Assembly: GCA_034926255.1 (NCBI GenBank)
Contig: JAYFRD010000032.1
Span: 25,565-49,564, forward strand
From: Anaerolineaceae bacterium
GTDB lineage: Bacteria; Chloroflexota; Anaerolineae; Anaerolineales; Anaerolineaceae
Direction: 5' to 3'
DNA length: 24,000 nt
Positions 14,075 to 22,225 of this stretch are shown one piece after another. The position numbers and the translations under genes are program-made. Position 1 is the stretch's first letter. The number at the start of each line of letters is the position of its first letter. Below the pieces are notes generated by a model. It had not been told where the DNA came from, searched no databases, and worked only from the letters and a program-made list of their open reading frames with translations.

Positions 14075-16767
14075 AAATCTCCTTTTCCTTCAGACAAAAA
14101 TGCCAAAGTTCTTACTTCTCCGATTTCCATACCTCCTTGTTTTATGGATGAAACCTCGTTCACCAGCTCTCCTATGTTTGTTTTTTCAATACAAAAGCCT
14201 ATTCCCTGTCCTCCAAGAACAAATTCTGGAGTGCTTTTGTCAGATGCGTTATAAAGGCGTAGCAAAATTCGGTTGGTCAATTTCGAAACAGTTAACGTGC
14301 TATACGAACCAGCAAAATCTTTTAATGTCAACAGACTGTATTTTCGAGGCAACCTCTTCAAGAACGGATGAATTGGGAAATAGTGAATTGGTTCAATGAG
14401 TGTGTCTAAACGTTGATTTTGATAATAGATCGGCCGGATCGAATACTCGGCAAAAGATCTATCGATGGCATTTTCTGAAATATCACTCCCAACCATTATG
14501 GCAAAATTAAAGTTGTTCCTACCCTTCATCTGGTGTGCGGGCGCATGAATGATGACGTTTGACAAACCGCTTGGACGCCCAGGCCTCCTTTGAAGGTCTG
14601 GCAAACCAACCGCACCTATAGCACGGAAAACGGTTATAGCAATATCAATGTAGTCTGAACCCGTAAATTCGTATTCTTTAGATCCACCTGTCAAAACACC
14701 CAAATCACCATTCTCAGTTTTAGAGTAAACATAATTTAGTAAAGGTTTGGAATTTGAAGGTTCCTCAAAAAATGCCTTTTCTCGCCAATCTCTTTTCTCT
14801 GGATTTTCTACAGCCCTCGCAATCACACCGAATGGAATTCCGGCAAAGCTTTTATTGTTGGTGCCAAGTGACTTTACAATCAAGCGAAGTCGATGATCTT
14901 CAGATTGATTATCAAAAAAACCTGAAATTCTGATAAGGTCCTCATCGTGAAATAATTCAAGTTTAAGTTGATATTCTGATTGGACCGATCGCTCCCCAGC
15001 TTCTCTCTCAACCGAATTTTGGGGTAGACATAAATTACCTTTGAGAACCATGCTCGCATACAAATCTGATTGATAAACGGATTGGATATCTGCATCCTCA
15101 AAAGCGCTGATAAGAGTCCAATCCTGGTTATCAGCGGGAGGAGAATAATCGTAGCTGTCACCGGCGTCACCCATATCTTCAAACTTTAAGAATTGGGATA
15201 TTTCCATTCCTTCGCGAATTCGGAGATAGATACCATCGTTCTTCAAACCCACTTCATATTTTGTATTGTGGATCGCCATCCCCTTGGTGGAGTGATCTGA
15301 TTGTGATTTGGGTGGAGCTGGCTCATCTACAACCTTTAGGGTTTTGTAAGAAAAACCGTAAAAATAGCCTAAATTGACCACTACCTCAGACCGATAAAAC
15401 CATAGATTTTCATTCATGAGATTAGGATCAAGGCGTAGGGTACCTCCGTATATTCTTTCTGTTGAAAGGAGCGAATAAGTACATTCCAGTCCTTCATCCC
15501 AGATTGAAAAATTGGGCTGCTTACTGATCACAGTTATCTTAAGAGTCTTTGTGGATTCCCATGGAAGGGTATGGAATACCAGCAAATCAGACCCTTCCCT
15601 CTGGTCGTCTTCAACGCTTAAACATGTAAGCCTGGTAAGATGGTTGGTAATTGCATTGGATCTGCTCAATACTTCCGAAGCTTGCTGGCGCATTTTTTCG
15701 TTCGTAACATCTCCATGCGTAGCAGAGGCATGTGTTTGACAATTTACAAGGTCGTACCAGTTTTGATCGATCAACCCATGGTCAAATTTCAAACCCATAC
15801 TTGATAGGATGCTCATCACAGGCTGTGATTCGAATGTAAGCGAGCATTCGGCTTTGTGGATGGTTGACTTGATGTCACTGCGGGCTGAATTCATCCCTGA
15901 CAAATGCAGTCGATGGAATTGAGGGGAGGTAAGCTCGGTTTTTAGTGTGACAAGATTCTTACCTTTTTTTCTAACGTGTTTGAAGTAATCCTTCCATGTA
16001 GTGTGAACAAATTCAATCTCACTTTGAGAATGATTGTATTTCTCTATCCTCTTTTTAAGGTCAAGTACGATTGGGTTTTGGTCAAACCCGACAGGAAAAA
16101 CAAACTCATTTTCCAGCGAAGACCTTGAAACAAGGCGATTGATGAGATCGGTCACGTTCAGCAAGTTGTAATCTCTGGCATTGCCATCCAGCAAGTCACC
16201 TTTTAGGAAACCGTACGTTCCATAACCGTATCCTGCCAGTAAAGTATGGCAGAGAATGACACTTCCATCATTTGACTCTAGGTAAAAATCATTTTTGGAC
16301 TGATAAATATCGCCAAGTCCTCTTGTGAAAACAAACTCCTTGATTCCAAATTGATTGAAAATCTTTGGGAAAGAGTAGGAAACGCCAAATGGATCTGAGA
16401 GATACGCAATCATCGAGCTCTTTCCCAGTCGGGAACCATTTTGGATCCCAAGCCTAAGATTGTTGACGACAGACTCGGTCGAACTAATAAAGGGATCAAG
16501 CTGAGACACGAACGGCCCGATCTCGAGGTTATCGGATTGGACTAGTACACTGATCTCTTCTTTATCCTCCGGGTGAAATTGGAGATACTCATCCAAAGCA
16601 GCTGTTTGCCCATCAAGGAAAAAATTATCTACCTCACTCCGCCGAAAGGCTTGGAGCATCCGACGAACATCAAAGGCAAAAACAACCTCCGCTTCCTGTG
16701 CAGTAAAATACCAATATGGATCCCAATGGGTATGATGGATGCAGTGAGCTATCAATTGTTTCTTCAT
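14071..16767 (-). CDS. Glycoside hydrolase family 38 alpha-mannosidase, MngB-like, cytoplasmic
   Basis: N-terminal metal-binding motif HHTHWDPYWYF, and collinearity with E. coli MngB recalled from memory (FLDGQTAALDEYL, IGPFVSQLD, ESVVNNL). Length is 898 aa, with no signal peptide. Confidence 0.85.
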   Translation of the reverse strand: MKKQLIAHCIHHTHWDPYWYFTAQEAEVVFAFDVRRMLQAFRRSEVDNFFLDGQTAALDEYLQFHPEDKEEISVLVQSDNLEIGPFVSQLDPFISSTESVVNNLRLGIQNGSRLGKSSMIAYLSDPFGVSYSFPKIFNQFGIKEFVFTRGLGDIYQSKNDFYLESNDGSVILCHTLLAGYGYGTYGFLKGDLLDGNARDYNLLNVTDLINRLVSRSSLENEFVFPVGFDQNPIVLDLKKRIEKYNHSQSEIEFVHTTWKDYFKHVRKKGKNLVTLKTELTSPQFHRLHLSGMNSARSDIKSTIHKAECSLTFESQPVMSILSSMGLKFDHGLIDQNWYDLVNCQTHASATHGDVTNEKMRQQASEVLSRSNAITNHLTRLTCLSVEDDQREGSDLLVFHTLPWESTKTLKITVISKQPNFSIWDEGLECTYSLLSTERIYGGTLRLDPNLMNENLWFYRSEVVVNLGYFYGFSYKTLKVVDEPAPPKSQSDHSTKGMAIHNTKYEVGLKNDGIYLRIREGMEISQFLKFEDMGDAGDSYDYSPPADNQDWTLISAFEDADIQSVYQSDLYASMVLKGNLCLPQNSVEREAGERSVQSEYQLKLELFHDEDLIRISGFFDNQSEDHRLRLIVKSLGTNNKSFAGIPFGVIARAVENPEKRDWREKAFFEEPSNSKPLLNYVYSKTENGDLGVLTGGSKEYEFTGSDYIDIAITVFRAIGAVGLPDLQRRPGRPSGLSNVIIHAPAHQMKGRNNFNFAIMVGSDISENAIDRSFAEYSIRPIYYQNQRLDTLIEPIHYFPIHPFLKRLPRKYSLLTLKDFAGSYSTLTVSKLTNRILLRLYNASDKSTPEFVLGGQGIGFCIEKTNIGELVNEVSSIKQGGMEIGEVRTLAFLSEGKGDL

Positions 16768-18551
16768 TAATCACCTGCTAATCTGGTTTCATGCAAGATA
16801 ATTGGTTGGTCAGATCCAGCTTCTACGCTGTACTCTCCAAGGCTCGCAGGCAGGAAAACTACATCAAGATATCTGGCATGATAGCATCTTTCCGAGTCTG
16901 CAGATGAGACGATTTTCGCTGATTCACCATCCACTAACGCTAAGCACACAAATCTACCTGCAGTATTCCCAGCATAAGTTCCGCCAGCCCTTACTTCAAT
17001 TTGAGCAGTAGTGAAGGGAACAAGTTTAGACTTGCCCAAACTATATTTTTTCGATTCGCTCTGGTTTTCCACAGGATTTATAGGATCAAAAACCAAATTG
17101 TTTTTTACAAAATCTGTATCTCTTTCAAACCTGAGCGCGCGTTCGGAAAGTTTAGTATGAATCGGTCGTGGTTTTCCGGTGATATCCATTCTTGCGTAGT
17201 CATAAATTTTATAAGTGTAGGCTGAAATTGTAAGGCTTCCAATTTCGAGCACAAGTTGGTTTCTTCCTGACGAATGCACAGTTCCTGGTGGCAGGAAAAA
17301 CTGCCGTCCTGGGATCGATTCAACCGCGTTTATATATTTTTCATAATCAATCTGAGCTCCAGTTGTCTCAGATTTTTTAGCAAGCTCTAAAAACTTTCTT
17401 CCATCTGCCTTAAAACCACAGAATGTCTTGGATTTTTGGCCAGCAACAACAATGTAATATCCTTCAGATTGCCCGGCAAAGTCATTGTAGAGGTTTTGAG
17501 CCATTTCATCATTGGGGTGACACTGGATCGACATGTTGCCGTTACTATGCCAGGTGTCATCATAATTAAAACGTACAGGCAAATATCCCTTGTAGCGTTC
17601 ATAATCTTCCGCTCCCACCATTTTTTCGCCAACCAAATCCATCAAAGTGAGAAAAGGCAAGTCCAAATAAACTTCACCAACATCCATTGCAACGCTAGCT
17701 TCAGTGGCAATCAGTTCAAATGACCAAGCAACCTTTGATACAACCGAATCGGGGATCTGACGAATCCTTTTAATGTATTGCCCCCCCCAAACCCCTTCAA
17801 TATAGATAGGTTTTGGTCGAATTGGTCCCGATGCGATTGATTTTGCAACTTTTAACAGGTCTGCATAATTCAACAAACGGAAATTATCCGGTCCCTGATC
17901 GCTCACATAAAAGTTGACCAGATCACCCTGTAAGAGTTTTCGGCGGTTCTTAACAACAAGTTCAAGATCGATTGAATACACCTGGCGAATTAATTCATCA
18001 GAACCAGAGAATACCTGCCCTCCAAGAGGAGTATATTCTTTGGCTAACAATCTTAGAGCGGATTGAAAAGGAGTGCAATCCACGAAAATTAAGGTGCTGG
18101 CTTTATTTAAAAAGTAATCAGATGATGCACCTATACCATATAGAACCGTTGTTTGAGAAGTATCCAAGGAGTTGATAAAACTATCCGCTTTTTGCCGATC
18201 AAAGAATTGTTCCAACTTACCATTAAATAATTTAGCAAAAATCAGATTCGGGTCAATTTCTTTATTTTGCGGCAAATAGTCCTTGATCAAATCCTCTGAT
18301 TCGGATTGCGAAATCCAAAATTCTTCTGCTTTTCTTGTCTGAACCTGAAGTTTCTCACCAAGTAAAGCACCGAGCTTATCAATTTGGGAGGCAATGTAGC
18401 CATCCACAATAATCAACCCCGGTTTTAAGTTCTTCATTATGGATGAAGCGATTTGATCGAGATTTCCTGAATTAACAGACAAGTCAGGACAATGCAGCAG
18501 ATTTCGAGCTGATAAATCTTCAAAATTAACTGGATTAATAAAATAACCCAT
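16767..18551 (-). CDS. Type I phosphomannose-isomerase-like cupin protein with an unassigned ~250-aa N-terminal domain
   Basis: From about aa 250 onward it shows the blocks VWGGQYI, MSIQCHPND, GQSEGYYIV, PPGTVHSS and YKIYDY. From memory, these parallel Bacillus-type PMI, including the His/Glu/His metal ligands. I recognise nothing in the N-terminal 250 aa. The stop overlaps the GH38 start as TAATG. Confidence 0.7.
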   Translation of the reverse strand: MGYFINPVNFEDLSARNLLHCPDLSVNSGNLDQIASSIMKNLKPGLIIVDGYIASQIDKLGALLGEKLQVQTRKAEEFWISQSESEDLIKDYLPQNKEIDPNLIFAKLFNGKLEQFFDRQKADSFINSLDTSQTTVLYGIGASSDYFLNKASTLIFVDCTPFQSALRLLAKEYTPLGGQVFSGSDELIRQVYSIDLELVVKNRRKLLQGDLVNFYVSDQGPDNFRLLNYADLLKVAKSIASGPIRPKPIYIEGVWGGQYIKRIRQIPDSVVSKVAWSFELIATEASVAMDVGEVYLDLPFLTLMDLVGEKMVGAEDYERYKGYLPVRFNYDDTWHSNGNMSIQCHPNDEMAQNLYNDFAGQSEGYYIVVAGQKSKTFCGFKADGRKFLELAKKSETTGAQIDYEKYINAVESIPGRQFFLPPGTVHSSGRNQLVLEIGSLTISAYTYKIYDYARMDITGKPRPIHTKLSERALRFERDTDFVKNNLVFDPINPVENQSESKKYSLGKSKLVPFTTAQIEVRAGGTYAGNTAGRFVCLALVDGESAKIVSSADSERCYHARYLDVVFLPASLGEYSVEAGSDQPIILHETRLAGD

Positions 18552-18568
18552 ATACTCTCCAAACTTTG

Positions 18569-18582
18569 TTATAATATTATAA
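18569..18582. promoter_or_regulatory. Perfect 14-bp palindrome TTATAATATTATAA overlapping the -10/+1 region; candidate operator
   Basis: The sequence is self-complementary as read. Its position would let a bound repressor occlude the promoter. The context is AT-rich and low-complexity, so this is weak evidence. Confidence 0.3.
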
Positions 18583-18607
18583 TAATATGTTAATATAGTC
18601 TTGTCAA
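18579..18607 (-). promoter_or_regulatory. Promoter of the PMI-GH38-PTS-GntR operon
   Basis: On the minus strand: TTGACA (18602-18607), a 17-nt spacer, then TATTAT (18579-18584). GGAGAG lies just upstream of the ATG at 18551. Confidence 0.55.
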
Positions 18608-18741
18608 TACATTAATTCGTAAAAAACCAAAAATCATTTTTGCAAACTAACCACCAGAAATCCATTCCAGAATGTTTTAATACAATGATCATTTATAGTG
18701 ATTGTTTAAATAAACCTTTACAATTGATGTGTGAGGTGCAT

Positions 18742-19707
18742 ATGAGAACATTTATTGTGGGTGGGAGCGGATTTTTGGGTTACTATACCGTAAGGGAATT
18801 GCTGGCGCGCGGGCATGAAGTTGCCACTGTTTCACTACCGCCGGCCCCTCCCCCCGGTGTGCTGCCGGATGAGGTAAAGCTGAGCCTTGCAGACCTCAAC
18901 CATATGGATGACGAAGAGGTGCTGAAACTCTTTGAAGGGAACCAAGCTCTCATTTATGCTGCCGGTGTAGATGACAGGGTGGTGCCAAAAGCACCCGCCT
19001 GGGATTTCTTTTATCAAGGCAATGTTGCCGCCACTGAACGCATTATCAGACTGGCTAAAAAAGCGGGTATAGGCCGGGCCGTTATCTTCAGTTCTTATTT
19101 TGTAGCTTTCAACCGCATGTGGCCTGAATTGAAAATGACAGAAAAACATCCGTACGTGCGAAGCCGCGTGGAGCAGATTAAGGCGGCTAAAGATGCTGCC
19201 GGCGATGACATGGAAGTGAATTTCCTGCTTTTGCCATATATATTTGGGGCAACACCGGGTCGGGTTCCGCTTTGGAAACCGGTTGTTGACTACCTTAAGA
19301 GCGGACTGCCGGTTGTTCTTTACCCTCGGGGAGGCTGCGCCATGGTTTCAGTACGTGAAGTAGCCTCTGCCGCTGTACGCGCCATGGAATCAGGCCGCAA
19401 CGGCGCAGAGTACGAAATCGCCTCCGATAATCTGACTTGGAAAGATTGGCTGACCAGAATGATGAGCACCATTGGCCGCAAGAAACCCATTTGGACGCTG
19501 CCGGATTGGACCGTACGCCTGGGCGCACGCCTGATAACCGCAAAACATGAGCGTGAAGGTAAAGAAGGCGGACTGGACATGTTGGAATACACCAAGGTGC
19601 AAACCCGGCAAGGTTTTTTGGACACAGAAAAAGCCCATGCGGAACTGGGCTACCCCAGAGGAGACCTCGACCTGGCGCTTACAGAGACGGTTGAAGCCTG
19701 CCAATAG
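18742..19707 (+). CDS. NAD(P)-dependent epimerase/dehydratase-family (extended SDR) protein
   Basis: Rossmann motif FIVGGSGFLGYYTVRELLARGHEV at the N-terminus. I moved the start from the ORF-track 18640 to ATG 18742, which is preceded by GAGGTG. Confidence 0.75.
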   Translation: MRTFIVGGSGFLGYYTVRELLARGHEVATVSLPPAPPPGVLPDEVKLSLADLNHMDDEEVLKLFEGNQALIYAAGVDDRVVPKAPAWDFFYQGNVAATERIIRLAKKAGIGRAVIFSSYFVAFNRMWPELKMTEKHPYVRSRVEQIKAAKDAAGDDMEVNFLLLPYIFGATPGRVPLWKPVVDYLKSGLPVVLYPRGGCAMVSVREVASAAVRAMESGRNGAEYEIASDNLTWKDWLTRMMSTIGRKKPIWTLPDWTVRLGARLITAKHEREGKEGGLDMLEYTKVQTRQGFLDTEKAHAELGYPRGDLDLALTETVEACQ

Positions 19708-20083
19708 CCAGAAAGTGGCGGAAGATAAAACGGGCCAATAAAAAGATCAATAAAAGCCATATGAGAAAAAATGGAATGGCATAAAGCCATTTTTTGGGTT
19801 TGCCATGCTGCCAAAGTTCCTCTGACTGTGAACGGCAAAGACTAAGCACCTGTGGGGGTATCCAATGGATGGTGAGCGCCACTAAGGCTGGCAGAATAAT
19901 GAGATCATCCAGATAACCGATGACAGGGATAAAATCTGGTATCAGGTCAACAGGTGATAGCGCATAACACAAGGTAAGCAAGCCGCTCAGTTTTGCATAC
20001 CAGGGCGTTTGCGGATGCTTCAGTGCCATAAAGACAGCGGGGACATCTCTTTTAAGGCTTTCGGCCCGAGCTTTTAGATCCAT
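19679..20083 (-). CDS. DUF1232 (YkvA-like) membrane protein
   Basis: Signature SPVDLIPDFIPVIGYLDDL plus hydrophobic segments. Length is 134 aa. Confidence 0.7.
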   Translation of the reverse strand: MDLKARAESLKRDVPAVFMALKHPQTPWYAKLSGLLTLCYALSPVDLIPDFIPVIGYLDDLIILPALVALTIHWIPPQVLSLCRSQSEELWQHGKPKKWLYAIPFFLIWLLLIFLLARFIFRHFLAIGRLQPSL

Positions 20084-20149
20084 CCTTTGATTGTATTGCG
20101 TAATGCTCTACTCTGGATAGGCTCATTAAGCTTTGTTGGTTTCTGCGAG

Positions 20150-21775
20150 CTAAGGCTTTGCAGAAGTAGGCAGCAGAGGCATTGCGACAGAAACAGGTTT
20201 GCCCAGCAGTTCCTCCAAGGCTGCCTGCATGGCTATGCGGTCATCCCAGCGGTATTCCTGGGTGCCAAAACACATGGACTGCTCATGGCCTTTTCCACAG
20301 GAAATAACCAAGTCACCTGGTTTTGCCATCCTGAGCGCTTTGCGAATGGCATCCGGGCGATCGGCCACACGCCAGAAATTCGCCACTGAATCATCGCCGT
20401 GCAGATTGCAGGCATCTTTGCCTTCTACCCCACCTACGGAGCGGGCAGCTTCCGCCATATCTTCAAGAATGGAATCCAGACTTTCTGTGCGCGGATCTTC
20501 AGCTGTAAGGATGGTGAGGTCGGCCATTTGCAAAGCCACTTTAGGCATCATTTTTCTCTTTTCGCGGTCGCGCAGGCCAGCCGAACCAAAAACCACAATA
20601 ACACGGCCTGTTGTTTGGTTGCGGGCGGAAGCCAGGGCAACTTTAAGAGCATTAGGGGTATGTGCAAAATCTACAATGGCTTGAAAGTTCTGGCCAAGTT
20701 CCATTTTCTGCATACGTCCGGGCACCCCTTCCATGCCGGAGAGGGCCTCCATTGCTGTCTCAAAGGGAATTGCCAGGCCCAAGCAAGTTACTGAAAGGGC
20801 AGCCAAGGCATTCGAAACATTGAAAAGCCCTGCCATAGAAGTGTGAACCGGATAAGCCGCGCTGCCATGGTGGCAGATAAAGCGCAGCTGAGAGGGAGTA
20901 TCTTCTATCCGATCTGCCCAAAGCTCCGCTTCGTTGAATGCACTGTAGGCAACTTGATTGGGCGGGGAAACATGTTTGAGGTAGGAGTAAGACTCATCAT
21001 CTTTATTCAGCACAGCCAGACGCAGATTGCCGATTGATTTTGCGGGGGTCTGGCTAAGCATTTCAAAGAGCAGGCCTTTAGCCTTAAGGTAGGCCTGGTA
21101 ACTGCCGTGATAGTCCAGATGCTCGTGGGTTACGTTGGTGACGGCGGCGATATCATAATCGCAAGCGATAACCCGGCCTTGAGAAAGGCCATGTGAAGTT
21201 GTTTCAAGCACACAGTACTCAATGCCACGGGACATCATTTGCCCCAGATAGGCTTGAATATCGGGGGCATCAGGCGTGGTTACATGAAAGCCGGTATCCA
21301 AGGCTTCATCCCCCATCAGGGCGCTGATAGTAGAGATCATGCCCACTTTCTTGCCCGCATGGCGCAAAATCTGGTAGACCATTGTAGAGGTAGTTGTTTT
21401 TCCATCGGTGCCGGTAATACCAATCATGCGCAGTTTTCTGGCGGGAAAGCCGTGCAAAGCAGCTGCAAGATAGGCCAGCACCTGGTGCATTTCTCCCTTC
21501 ATTTGCAAATAGGGCAGGTTTATGCCTTCCGGTTTAGGACGATCAGAAATAACGAGGGCTGCGCCAGCCTTAACGGCTTCATCCAAAAAATTCAACCCAT
21601 CGCTGGAAGCACCTTTTATAGCAACAAATGCATAACCAGGGCAAAGTTTGCGGTGGTCGGAAGCAATTCCACTAATTTGGACCTTAGGAAGCTGCCCAAG
21701 GTAAGCAAGAGGCACCTTTTTTAAAAGGGCGGAGAGGCCAAGCGGTTTAGGGGAGTAGCTTTTTGAATTGTTCAT
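20150..21775 (-). CDS. murE: UDP-N-acetylmuramoyl-L-alanyl-D-glutamate--2,6-diaminopimelate ligase
   Basis: Mur ligase P-loop GITGTDGKTTT, and a C-terminal TAEDPRTE motif equivalent to the DNPR motif of DAP-adding MurE. Length is 541 aa. Confidence 0.88.
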   Translation of the reverse strand: MNNSKSYSPKPLGLSALLKKVPLAYLGQLPKVQISGIASDHRKLCPGYAFVAIKGASSDGLNFLDEAVKAGAALVISDRPKPEGINLPYLQMKGEMHQVLAYLAAALHGFPARKLRMIGITGTDGKTTTSTMVYQILRHAGKKVGMISTISALMGDEALDTGFHVTTPDAPDIQAYLGQMMSRGIEYCVLETTSHGLSQGRVIACDYDIAAVTNVTHEHLDYHGSYQAYLKAKGLLFEMLSQTPAKSIGNLRLAVLNKDDESYSYLKHVSPPNQVAYSAFNEAELWADRIEDTPSQLRFICHHGSAAYPVHTSMAGLFNVSNALAALSVTCLGLAIPFETAMEALSGMEGVPGRMQKMELGQNFQAIVDFAHTPNALKVALASARNQTTGRVIVVFGSAGLRDREKRKMMPKVALQMADLTILTAEDPRTESLDSILEDMAEAARSVGGVEGKDACNLHGDDSVANFWRVADRPDAIRKALRMAKPGDLVISCGKGHEQSMCFGTQEYRWDDRIAMQAALEELLGKPVSVAMPLLPTSAKP

Positions 21776-22050
21776 GCATTGCCATCGTGTTTTGCCTGAG
21801 CCGGCGCTTTGGGTTTAACCGTTCCGAGCAGAATACAAGCCATGCCGGTAATCACTAAAATGATTCCAGAAAAAAGAACCTGCTGGAAATCCATCAGCAT
21901 AAAAAGATAAGCGGGATTCTTGAAATATTGCGCTGTTGGCGGCAATAAAGCAATTGCCAGAAAATAAAAGCCGCCCAGAATGGCTAAAACGCCTATGGCA
22001 AGCGTAAATTTTAGAAAACCCGGCCGTTTCATTTTAAGATGATTATCCAT
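21772..22050 (-). CDS. Small hypothetical membrane protein (about 92 aa, 2-3 TM segments), translationally coupled to murE
   Basis: The start at 22050 (MDNHLKMKRPGFLKF...) is preceded by AGGA. The stop overlaps the murE start as ATGA (21772-21775). The hydrophobic segments are LAIGVLAILGGFYFLAIALL and VLFSGIILVITGMACILLG. Confidence 0.5.
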   Translation of the reverse strand: MDNHLKMKRPGFLKFTLAIGVLAILGGFYFLAIALLPPTAQYFKNPAYLFMLMDFQQVLFSGIILVITGMACILLGTVKPKAPAQAKHDGNA

Positions 22051-22225
22051 AGATATCCTAACGCGGTCAGCCCAAAAAATAAAAGGCTGAGAAGGTAATA
22101 ACCTGATTTTAGCGCAAAAAACAGAGAGGCGTTCAGTATTATTTCTGCAAGCAGAAGACTTGTCTTCAGCCTGAACCGTTTTTGCGTGCGCTCTTTTTGG
22201 CAGTGACTCAGCTGAGGGTCCATTT

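Noticed and set aside
18640-18741. 34-aa extension of the SDR ORF
   Set aside because: The Rossmann GxxGxxG motif must be near the N-terminus. ATG 18742 has a GAGGTG SD, and the extension lies in the AT-rich divergent promoter region.
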